Source: a bacterium
Lineage (GTDB): Bacteria > UBA8248
Direction of reading: 5' to 3'
Assembly (NCBI GenBank): GCA_965204535.1
Contig: CBDBEV010000001.1
Span: forward strand, 2,496,001-2,560,000
DNA: 64,000 nt
Made by a program: the position numbers and the translations under genes. Below, one piece after another: positions 19,345-27,225 of this stretch (position 1 is the first letter of the stretch; the number at the start of each line of letters is the position of its first letter). The notes below the pieces were generated by a model. The model was not told the origin of the DNA, did no database searches, and saw only the letters and a program-made list of their open reading frames with translations.

Positions 19345-19394
19345 TTTTCAAATACCCTGCACCACTAATCATTCAGTCTCCCTTGCATAGGCTT

Positions 19395-19498
19395 AAACAA
19401 GTAGCCAAGTGGTAAGGCAGTATTTTTCGCAAATAGATGATCGTCGGGTTCGCAACGCTTAAGAAGCATTAAGGCTTCGCCGAATCCCACCTTGTTCT
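19395..19498 (+). ncRNA. tRNA-like gene 2 with a 30-nt insertion in the T loop
   Basis: Acceptor AAACAAG/CTTGTTC (6 of 7), D arm TAGCCAAGTGGTAAGGCA, anticodon loop TTTCGCA, T arm GTCGGG-TTCG[30 nt]AAT-CCCAC; no encoded CCA. Confidence 0.6.
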
Positions 19499-19533
19499 CA
19501 ATACTCTATGCCTTATGCGAGGGAAACGCTTTC

Positions 19534-20490
19534 TTATTCCGCAATCAAATCTTCATACTTGAGCCGCTTCTGGCACATCCCATCAGCGATCTTCTTCATT
19601 TGTTCAATCGTATCTTCCGGCCTGAGATTATGACGGCCAGCAAACTCATTCACGTATCTCTGCAAATGCTTCTTGCTCATTTTGTGGTACGTTCCGTGAT
19701 AGCCGCGCTTGAGCATACTCCAAAATGATTCAATTCCGTTCGTATGCGCCATGCCGTCCACGTATTCTTTCGCAGAGTGGTGAACGCTTTCGTGCTTGTA
19801 TTCGCCACCATACTCATCACCTAGATGCACATAGCCTCTGTTCTCGTCCGTGTAGAGTGTAGCTCCGGGGATAATGTGTTCACGAACAAACTCTTTCAAA
19901 GTCTCGCCTTTTCCATCTTCGAGAACACCAGCTTTTACCTTTCCGGTATCTCTTTCCTTGGCCCCAATGATTCCGGTTTTATTCACGGGGCCGCGCCCTT
20001 CTTTCACCCTCTGTGATTTAGGTTTGTTCTTGTCGATTCCGCCTACATAGGTTTCGTCAACTTCTACAGGACCTTCAAGCATATCCTTATTACCCGCCCA
20101 GGTTTCCCTGATTCGGTGCATCATAAACCACGCTGTTTTCTGCGTTACTCCAAGATCGCGGTGCAGCTTCATGCTGGATACGCCTTTCAGATTCGTGGAT
20201 GAAAGATAGAATGCAATCACCCATTTCTGTAAACCAAGTTTTGAGCCTTCCATGAGAGTGCCTGTCTTGACTGAAAAATCTTTGCGGCAATCCCGGCAAC
20301 GATAGGGTTGAGGTTTACGGGTTTTCCTTTCCTGAACATTCAAACTTCCACATTCAGGGCAACAAACTCCTACAGGCCAGCGAACCTTGATGAACCATTC
20401 CTCTGCCGCCTTATCGTCTGGAAATTGCCTGAACAAGTCTGTGAGAGAAATTCCTTTTCTGAATGCTTTTCCCGGTGCCCTTTGTACCAT
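19534..20490 (-). CDS. IS1595-family transposase
   Basis: N-terminal Zn ribbon (CPECGS...CRDC), HTH (SSMKLHRDLGVTQKTAWFM), catalytic motifs VEVDETYVGG / LYTDE / HTNGIESFWSMLKR; AGGAGGT RBS. Confidence 0.95.
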   Translation of the reverse strand: MVQRAPGKAFRKGISLTDLFRQFPDDKAAEEWFIKVRWPVGVCCPECGSLNVQERKTRKPQPYRCRDCRKDFSVKTGTLMEGSKLGLQKWVIAFYLSSTNLKGVSSMKLHRDLGVTQKTAWFMMHRIRETWAGNKDMLEGPVEVDETYVGGIDKNKPKSQRVKEGRGPVNKTGIIGAKERDTGKVKAGVLEDGKGETLKEFVREHIIPGATLYTDENRGYVHLGDEYGGEYKHESVHHSAKEYVDGMAHTNGIESFWSMLKRGYHGTYHKMSKKHLQRYVNEFAGRHNLRPEDTIEQMKKIADGMCQKRLKYEDLIAE

Positions 20491-20515
20491 TTAACTACCT
20501 CCTATTTATGGAAGT

Positions 20516-20544
20516 AGTTTACCCTAGCCCGGCCCGCATGTCAA
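20516..20544 (-). promoter_or_regulatory. Sigma70-like promoter of the transposase
   Basis: TTGACA-17 bp-TAAACT on the minus strand, just upstream of the RBS. Confidence 0.55.
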
Positions 20545-20606
20545 GTCTTTTTTTGTATTTTCCTCGGTTTTTGTTCTCCACAATATCGCATAGGCGAAAA
20601 CGCATA

Positions 20607-20635
20607 TTGTATAAATAAGTGTGAAATCCTATATT
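20607..20635 (+). promoter_or_regulatory. Sigma70-like promoter of ncRNA + tRNA-like gene 3
   Basis: TTGTAT-17 bp-TATATT; predicted start ~20642, just before the closing stem. Confidence 0.55.
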
Positions 20636-20644
20636 GTCAGGTTA

Positions 20645-20813
20645 CGGCCTGTAACTGAGGCGAATTTCAGTTTCGACCACCACATCGAAATTAGACTAAA
20701 GAAAGGAGGTACTTTGCGATCAAGAGAAATACGAAAAAGCAAAGCAAGCCGAATAGGGTCTATCCCTCATAAAACGGCATGATCCTTCCTAATTCTTCCT
20801 CAGTTACAGGCCG
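20645..20813 (+). ncRNA. Putative ~170-nt multi-stem ncRNA (unknown family)
   Basis: Perfect 16-bp closing stem 20645-20660/20798-20813; internal hairpins TTTCGA/TCGAAA, CTTTGC/GCAAAG and GCCG-AGGG/CCCT-CGGC. Confidence 0.6.
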
Positions 20814-20817
20814 CTAA

Positions 20818-20894
20818 GGACGGGTACTCAAGAGGTTAAGAGATTTCACTTGAAATGGAATATGCGTCGGGTTCGAATCCCGCCCCGTCCTCCA
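20818..20894 (+). tRNA. tRNA-like gene 3 (anticodon TGA, short variable loop; non-canonical)
   Basis: Perfect acceptor GGACGGG/CCCGTCC, discriminator T, encoded CCA, anticodon arm TTTCA-CTTGAAA-TGGAA, T loop TTCGAAT; ends 7 bp from the right TIR. Confidence 0.78.
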
Positions 20895-20901
20895 TTTTTC
20901 A

Positions 20902-20925
20902 TGGGTAAACTCGTATATAAGCCCC
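20902..20925 (-). repeat. Right terminal inverted repeat of IS1595 element
   Basis: TGGGTAAACTCGTATATAAGCCCC followed by TSD ATAAAATA. Confidence 0.95.
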
Positions 20926-21512
20926 ATAAAATACGATAAATTCACGGTGTTTTCGATAAAAAACTGAAAATTTATTTTCCTGGGAGATGACGCCGCGGAA
21001 TCCGGACACAGGGTGATTCTGCCACGGCCCGCGCTTTACGCGATGACGCCAATTGCGCGGAAATGCGGGGAGTTGCGAGAGTTTTTTTCGTTATGAGCAC
21101 TTTAGGGTTTTTCGTGGGACTTACCCGAGTCCCTGATTGACATTTTGTCAGACGAAAACCGACGGTTCCCGAAAAATCGTCAAAGGGTGATGCCGCTCTG
21201 CTGAGACCGAAAGGCGCTTTCCGGAAATTTCCGCGTTGAGCAGGCTCCATATCTCATTGAAATACATATGGTTATGGATGAAATCTATTTTTGGCGCAGA
21301 GTGCTCCTTTTTGGCACGATTTATGCTCATTTAAATAAGTGTGTGAACCGTTTGCCCTCAATGGGCGCCTTTTATAGAGGAGCCTTTTCTCCCCGGTGGT
21401 CAGTTGAAGGATCCCCCGATACTGATTCACTGACATCTCGCCAAGTGATTCGCCCGAGTTGGGCGGATTCCTTCCTGAATGGGGCATGTCTTTCGGGGCG
21501 TGCCCCAAGTCT

Positions 21513-22097
21513 TTATTTATCAAGGAGTTGATCGAGAAGGGCAGGCGCTTCCCGGAGGGTGGGAAGGGTCAGGTCACTGGGAATCGAGGAGGGTTCCGCC
21601 AGGTGGACAGACAACATTCCGGCCGCTTCGGCCGCCATCATGTCGTATTTCCCGTCCCCGATGACGACGCATTTCGGGGGCGATACGCCGATCGCCTTGG
21701 CGCCCGCCAGCAAGGGCCGGGGGTCCGGCTTCCAATAGCCGATATCCCGGGTGATCAGAACCTCGAACGAGACGTTGATTTTTTTCACCATTTTCAGGAC
21801 ATGCCGCTCCGCGTTGTTCGTCACGACCCCGAAGGGGATTTTTCTGGTACTCAGGTAAGCGAGCAAATCATGCGCGCCTTCATTCGCCTCAGCCATGTCG
21901 GCGGCTCTAAGTTCATGTTTATCAAGGATATCCGATATTTCACGCGCACGTTCAGTAGGGAGAGTGGGGAGTAGATCCAGAATGGATACATCTCCGTCGA
22001 GCAAGCCCATCTCCTCTTTCATGGCGGGCCAGTCGAAGGCGGGTTTCGTGAGGGTGCCGTCGAAATCGAGCAGCACACCCTCCATGGTTCGTTTCAT
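21513..22097 (-). CDS. HAD-superfamily hydrolase
   Basis: LLDFDGTL, VVTNN, KPDP and IGDGKYD motifs; start moved to ATG 22097 after GAGGA. Confidence 0.88.
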   Translation of the reverse strand: MKRTMEGVLLDFDGTLTKPAFDWPAMKEEMGLLDGDVSILDLLPTLPTERAREISDILDKHELRAADMAEANEGAHDLLAYLSTRKIPFGVVTNNAERHVLKMVKKINVSFEVLITRDIGYWKPDPRPLLAGAKAIGVSPPKCVVIGDGKYDMMAAEAAGMLSVHLAEPSSIPSDLTLPTLREAPALLDQLLDK

Positions 22098-22107
22098 TCT
22101 AGTTTCC

Positions 22108-23121
22108 TCACAGCACTTTTGAAATTTCATCGGCATCAAAGCGTTGCAGCGGAAAAATCTTCTCGTCGCGCCGAATCATGATTCCCGATTCAGGCGCGCA
22201 GAATTTGCCGATGCGGACACCCATCGCGCCCGTCGCCGCGAGCGCTTCCCGAACGATTTCTTCGCCTTCCGCCGGAACCGCCAACAAAAGCGCTCCCGAC
22301 GTAATGACGCCCAAGGGGTTGAGATCCAACGCTTTACAAATCATTCCACCCTCAACGGATATGGGGATATGGCTCTCCTCCACGGTGGCCCCCAAACCCG
22401 CTGCCCCCGCCATTTCATGGACGCCGGTGGCGAGGCCGCCCTCGGTCGGGTCGTGCATCGCGTGTACGGAGCCGGTTCCGGCCGCCGCCAGAGCTTGCGC
22501 CACCACGCTGATGCCGGGAGATTCCAGGTATTTTTTCGCATTCTCCAGTATCTCGACATCCAGGATGTTTTTCAGATCATCGTATTTCGCATCCGCCAGG
22601 ATCGCCGTTCCCTCGACAGGTATGGGACGCGTAACCAAAATAAAATCATTTGCTTGCGCGTCGGCTCCGCGTATCAGATTCTCCTTCGAGACTTCCCCCA
22701 GCATGTGGCCCGAGAGAATCGGGAATTCCAGGCCTGAGGTAATCTCCGTATGTCCGCCACATAAGGTGACCCCCAGATCGGCGCATGCGTCTCCCACTTC
22801 CTGCCAAATGCGGCTTACCATCGACTCGTCAGTGCGCCCTTCCGGGAGAAGCAAGGTCATCAGGAACCACAGAGGGGTCGCGCCCATGCAGGCGATGTCG
22901 TTCGCGTTCACGTGTACGGCATAGCGTCCGATATGACGCTCCACGAACGTAATGGGGTCAGATTTCGCGACGAGATAACACTCTCCCATATCGATGACGG
23001 CCGCGTCTTCTCCAACCTGTGGACCCACCACCAGACGCGGGTGCGAACTCGTGTTCTCGAGCAGAGCGCCCAGTACGTCCGGCGGAAGCTTGCCTACGGG
23101 ATATGGAGATCGCTTCACCAT
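22108..23121 (-). CDS. AIR synthase-related protein (PurM/HypE/ThiL superfamily)
   Basis: GEDAAV, KSDPITF, NANDIACMGA, GGHTE and MHDPTEGGL motifs; start set at ATG 23121. Confidence 0.88.
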   Translation of the reverse strand: MVKRSPYPVGKLPPDVLGALLENTSSHPRLVVGPQVGEDAAVIDMGECYLVAKSDPITFVERHIGRYAVHVNANDIACMGATPLWFLMTLLLPEGRTDESMVSRIWQEVGDACADLGVTLCGGHTEITSGLEFPILSGHMLGEVSKENLIRGADAQANDFILVTRPIPVEGTAILADAKYDDLKNILDVEILENAKKYLESPGISVVAQALAAAGTGSVHAMHDPTEGGLATGVHEMAGAAGLGATVEESHIPISVEGGMICKALDLNPLGVITSGALLLAVPAEGEEIVREALAATGAMGVRIGKFCAPESGIMIRRDEKIFPLQRFDADEISKVL

Positions 23122-23315
23122 TCTCTTACCATAGGGAGGAGATTTCCTCGCATCAAGTCCCGCATTGAGGATGCAAGGCGTTTTCATGTTGACGCCTGAG
23201 ATTGCGCGTTTTAGAATCCCGTCTTCCTGATAAGGGCATGGAAACGCTTGCCTTTCCGGGAAATGAGCCGATAGGGAACAACCCCGCTGGTTGTCCGTTG
23301 GTTGCTCCACATACT

Positions 23316-23391
<76 letters not shown>

Positions 23392-23409
23392 GACACGTCC
23401 TCGTTCACG

Positions 23410-23973
23410 TCAATCTGCGGCCGTGATTCCCCCGAGTTCGATGTTTTCGCCGTTTAGTTCAACCGTGCTCGTGAGCGGCACCGCCGTCTGAACCATCTGC
23501 TCGGCATAGCAGCCTTGTTTCGCCAACCGGATGATATTCAGGATTTTCTCTTCCGAATCGCTCGATTCGACCTTGAAATGGGTGCGGACCCTTCGGCATC
23601 CCGAGTTCACGTCGCCCTTGAGGACGGAACCTTTCAGGAAATAATCGAATTCCACGCGGCAGGCGGCCTTCTCGAAGGTGGTTTTCGTCATATGGGCGTA
23701 CCGCCCAAGCTGGGTGAGAAGTCAGAAGCCGACTCCCATGGCGATATACGTGAGCGGCTGTGGATACCTGTCCTCCCCACCGATGCGGGGGGGCTCGTCG
23801 CTGAATACCTCGAAGTGCCGGAATCGCCCGATTTTGAGCTGCCCGTCGTCCATCGTCTCCGTCTCTGCGAGCATGGTGATCTCGTAACCGTCTTTCGGTA
23901 GTTCGGGTTTGTCGATCGGCCGCTCGCCGGGCACGGTGCTCTCATGCCAGGGATAATTGATGCTCTCCACCAT
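23410..23973 (-). CDS. OsmC-like selenoprotein (in-frame UGA at 23722-23724)
   Basis: Two track ORFs are in frame across one TGA: DEPPRIGGEDRYPQPLTYIAMGVGF-U-LLTQLGRYA...AKQGCYAEQ; hairpin TGGGCG-GTA-CGCCCA 14 nt after the UGA; GGAGG RBS. Confidence 0.82.
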
Positions 23974-24040
23974 GTTTATCTGTCCTCCAGGGTTTGGATG
24001 CGAATGGTTCCATTCACGCAAATAATTAATTATGTTGGTG

Positions 24041-24712
24041 TTACTCCCACTTCAGCACGCCGATGTAACCCTCTTGCGGAATCCGGACGAGCGGCTCCAG
24101 GCCTTCCTCTTTCTTGTGCATCTGGATGGTGTTGAGGTGCGCGTACGCCTCCCAGAGGATGTGGCGAAACGTGTATTCGAGGTTAAAGTGAAATAATTCC
24201 GTATCTTCAGGGTCTATCCACACGCCGGTGCGGTGGGCTTTCAGGGTGACGTTTTCGCGCCACCTGCGCACGTCCTCGCCGGTTCCGGGCCGCACCATGC
24301 CGTGCGGCACGCGCTCGGATATCTTTCTCCCGTCGCGGATGGAGTCTGGGGTCTCGGCTCCCAGCACCTCCCAGGCGAGGCCGAACGAATCCCGCATGAC
24401 GCCGATAAGGTCTTGAATTTGCGGGCAATACGCGTCCTTCATCATCCGCCCGTCGAAGCGGGTGAGGAGCGCCTCATCGCGCGGCAATTCATCGCCGAAG
24501 AGGACCGCCCCCCAGCGGACGAGCAGCCACCGGTAGGGCAGGGAAGCCACGTGGCTCACCTGATCGCGGATCGACCAGGCGCCCCAGCTCTTCTCCTCCC
24601 TCGTTCTGCGCAAGACTGCCTCGGGGAGGTCTTTCGTCTCTACCTCATATAAATCAGCGACTTGGCGGATTTCAGGGAAAAGCGCGCGCGCTGGATTCTC
24701 TCGTCCCTGCAT
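24041..24712 (-). CDS. DinB/YfiT-like metal-binding protein
   Basis: WSIRDQVSHVA and FRHILWEAYAHLNTI His motifs; ATG 24712 after GGAGG. Confidence 0.65.
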   Translation of the reverse strand: MQGRENPARALFPEIRQVADLYEVETKDLPEAVLRRTREEKSWGAWSIRDQVSHVASLPYRWLLVRWGAVLFGDELPRDEALLTRFDGRMMKDAYCPQIQDLIGVMRDSFGLAWEVLGAETPDSIRDGRKISERVPHGMVRPGTGEDVRRWRENVTLKAHRTGVWIDPEDTELFHFNLEYTFRHILWEAYAHLNTIQMHKKEEGLEPLVRIPQEGYIGVLKWE

Positions 24713-25086
24713 CTTATGGATTCCTCCGGTCGAACGTGCAATTCCCCGCATTTCCGCGCATTTGCCGTTATCGCGGGAGTGGCGGGCCATGGCAGTATTC
24801 CCCTGCGCCCCGGTGCGCCGGCGCCATCTCCCGGAAAATAAATTTTCAGTTTTTTATCGAATTACCCCGTTAATTTACCGGATTTTCTCGTATTTTTCAG
24901 AAATTCATTTTTCCCGTTCGATTTCTTCCCGAAGCGCCACCATACCCGACCCGGGACTTCGCCGCCACGCGCAAATGCAGAATCAATCCCGACCGAGGAG
25001 GGAGGGATTGTGCGCCCTCCGTCCCCGTCGGATGCGGGAGGGCGGGGCCCGAATCAGGCCGTCTTCCCGGAGTCCCGAATACGGTT

Positions 25087-25833
25087 TCAGCCGCCGAACG
25101 CGCGGGCGGCGAGGTAGGCGCCCAGCGCGAGGAGGGAGAGGAAGAAGATTCTGCAGAACAACTGCTCGGAGAGCCTTTTCCGGATGCGCTGCCCGGCGGC
25201 CATCCCCGCCATCGCGGGCAGGAGGGCCATGGTGGAGAGCGCGCCGTGTTCGAGCCGAAGCAGGTCGTTCGCCTGGAGCGAGAACGCAAGCGCCAGCGTC
25301 GAAACCGTGAAGAGCATCCCCATCGCCTGGATGAGCGCGTCTCTCGAGAGGCCGAGCGCTTGTAAGTACATCACCCCCGGCACGACGAACGAACCCGTCA
25401 TGCCCGTCAGGGCGCCGTTCACGAGCCCGGCCAGCGGGCCCGCCCACTTCTCGCGGCGCGCTTCGACGCGGAACCCGAGCCCGAGCAGGTTCGCGGCGGC
25501 GTAGGCCGCGAGCAGCAGACCGAGGAGTGCGGAGAGCAGCGCGAAATCGACGCGCGTCAGCGCGGACGCTCCGAGCCGCACGGTGACCGCCGCCACCAGC
25601 AGGAAGGGCCATATCCGGCGCAGGAGGTCGCGTCCGTGGCCGCCGACGGCCCCCTGCCAGACGTTGGTCACGAACGAGGGCGCGAGGAGCAGGGCCATCG
25701 CGGTCGGCAGGTCGATCGCCGCCGCCAGGACGGCGAGGCTGACCGTCGGGAGGCCCAGGCCGATGACCCCCTTGACCGCGCCCGCGAGCAGGAAGGTCCC
25801 GGCGATTACGAGGATGCTGCCGGCGTCGAACAT
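25087..25833 (-). CDS. TauE/SafE (TSUP) family membrane exporter
   Basis: AGAVKGVIGLGLP and GLVNGALTGMTGS motifs, ~8 TM; ATG after AAGGAG. Confidence 0.88.
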   Translation of the reverse strand: MFDAGSILVIAGTFLLAGAVKGVIGLGLPTVSLAVLAAAIDLPTAMALLLAPSFVTNVWQGAVGGHGRDLLRRIWPFLLVAAVTVRLGASALTRVDFALLSALLGLLLAAYAAANLLGLGFRVEARREKWAGPLAGLVNGALTGMTGSFVVPGVMYLQALGLSRDALIQAMGMLFTVSTLALAFSLQANDLLRLEHGALSTMALLPAMAGMAAGQRIRKRLSEQLFCRIFFLSLLALGAYLAARAFGG

Positions 25834-26205
25834 CTGGGTACTCCTTTGGCGGCCTGCGTCGATGCGCCCGCGAAGGGCCATTCTCCCCGCCGGGCGACGG
25901 TTCCACCGCCTCAGTATCGCACGGCCGACGCGGCGGCGCTCCTCTTGCGCGGTTACGATTTTCGGGGGTATGATCCGCCTCAACACGAGGAACACGCCCG
26001 GAAAAACAGGCGGAAACGGAAGGCCCAGCCACCGGCTGAACCGCAGCCGGTGGGACCGTTTTACCCTTCGACTCGTCTATCCGACGAACGTTTCCCCACG
26101 ATACATTCGAACGCATGTCCTCGTTCACGGCGCGGTCCGACTTAAAGGCTCTGATTCGATGAGGGCCAAATACAACATTTACGAGTAGAGGCTAGGAAAC
26201 TTGGA

Positions 26206-27225
26206 ATGCGATTAACTGCAGGTTGCTTATTCAGCGGCATGGGGGGGTTTGCATCCGGGCTGGTTGAAGCTGGTTTTGCGATTCGATGGGCCAGTGACAA
26301 TGACGAATTTGCCTGCTCGGCTTTCCAACACCGATTTCCCGATGTTCCCGTGATCAAAAAAGATGTGTGCGAACTGTCTGTCCAGGCGGACGGCTTAACC
26401 GAAGTTGATGTGTTGGCGGGGGGATTTCCTTGCCAGAGTTTTTCTCAGGCGGGAAGCCGCCTGGGATTCGAAGACCCGAGAGGGGCGCTATTTTTCGAGA
26501 TTCCACGCCTGATCGAGGAGTATCAACCGGAGAAGCGGCCTTCGCTGATACTTTTGGAGAATGTGCCGCACATCCTGCACGGAGAAAAGGGAATATGGTT
26601 TGATCAGATTCGTCGCGCATTGCGCCGGGCAGGGTACTGGTTTAGAGAAGAATCGTGTTGGACCGTAAATGTTAAAGAAGCGACTAAGTTGCCTCAGGAT
26701 CGCGAACGATTATTTATGGTCGCAGCATCAAAAAGGCGATTTCCCTACAACCCTTTCTCGCCTCCTCAAACCTCAAACGGATTTGGGGCTACGCAACGTC
26801 GTCTCGAAGATTTTGTCAACCGCACGAAGCCTGGGGTGGATGGAGCATACTTACCTCCTGACAACCGCTATTACAAGATGATTGCCAAAGCGATGGATGA
26901 AGGTGAGTCGGATGCGAACATCTACCAATTGAGGCGTTCATACGTTCGAGAAAAAAAGCAGGGCCTGTGCCCGACGCTGACCGCAAATATGGGCATAGGG
27001 GGGCACAATGTTCCGTTTGTTCGCGACCGCTGGGGCATCCGGCGCTTAAGTGTCAATGAGGCCGCGCGGTTTCAGGGTTTTGACGGTACAGACGAACTTT
27101 TTCCAGATATTCCTCCAAGCGAGCAGTATAGATTACTGGGAAACGCTGTTTGCGTCGGCCTTGCACGTTTGGTGGGAAATATGTGCGCGAAGATTTTAAC
27201 CAGTGAGGCGGCTTTAAATGAATGA
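26206..27225 (+). CDS. dcm: DNA (cytosine-5)-methyltransferase
   Basis: C5-MTase motifs LFSGMGGF, GGFPCQSFS, LENV, QDRERLF and LGNAV. Confidence 0.95.
   Translation: MRLTAGCLFSGMGGFASGLVEAGFAIRWASDNDEFACSAFQHRFPDVPVIKKDVCELSVQADGLTEVDVLAGGFPCQSFSQAGSRLGFEDPRGALFFEIPRLIEEYQPEKRPSLILLENVPHILHGEKGIWFDQIRRALRRAGYWFREESCWTVNVKEATKLPQDRERLFMVAASKRRFPYNPFSPPQTSNGFGATQRRLEDFVNRTKPGVDGAYLPPDNRYYKMIAKAMDEGESDANIYQLRRSYVREKKQGLCPTLTANMGIGGHNVPFVRDRWGIRRLSVNEAARFQGFDGTDELFPDIPPSEQYRLLGNAVCVGLARLVGNMCAKILTSEAALNE

Larger units (their letters stand above)
16483..20925 (-). mobile_element. Complete IS1595-family transposon carrying passenger genes and tRNA-like/ncRNA cargo
   Basis: Perfect 24-bp TIRs, 8-bp AT-rich TSD ATAAAATA (16475-16482, 20926-20933), internal IS1595-type DDE transposase, visibly AT-richer than flanks. 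Confidence 0.93.

Noticed and set aside
19268-20894. tRNA-like genes as attL/attR of a prophage or integrative element
   Set aside because: They are not duplicates of each other or of tRNA-Phe, no integrase is present, and they lie wholly inside TIRs with a TSD.
21330-21500. c-di-AMP (ydaO) or c-di-GMP riboswitch
   Set aside because: Only fragmentary motif resemblance, and no credible downstream gene in the right orientation.
23410-24021. Two separate small genes or a nonsense pseudogene
   Set aside because: Better explained by Sec read-through: the UGA is at the catalytic Cys position with a SECIS-like hairpin.
24897-26188. ORFs 24983-26128, 25583-26188 and 24897-25289
   Set aside because: They overlap the TauE gene in other frames and have no recognisable features.
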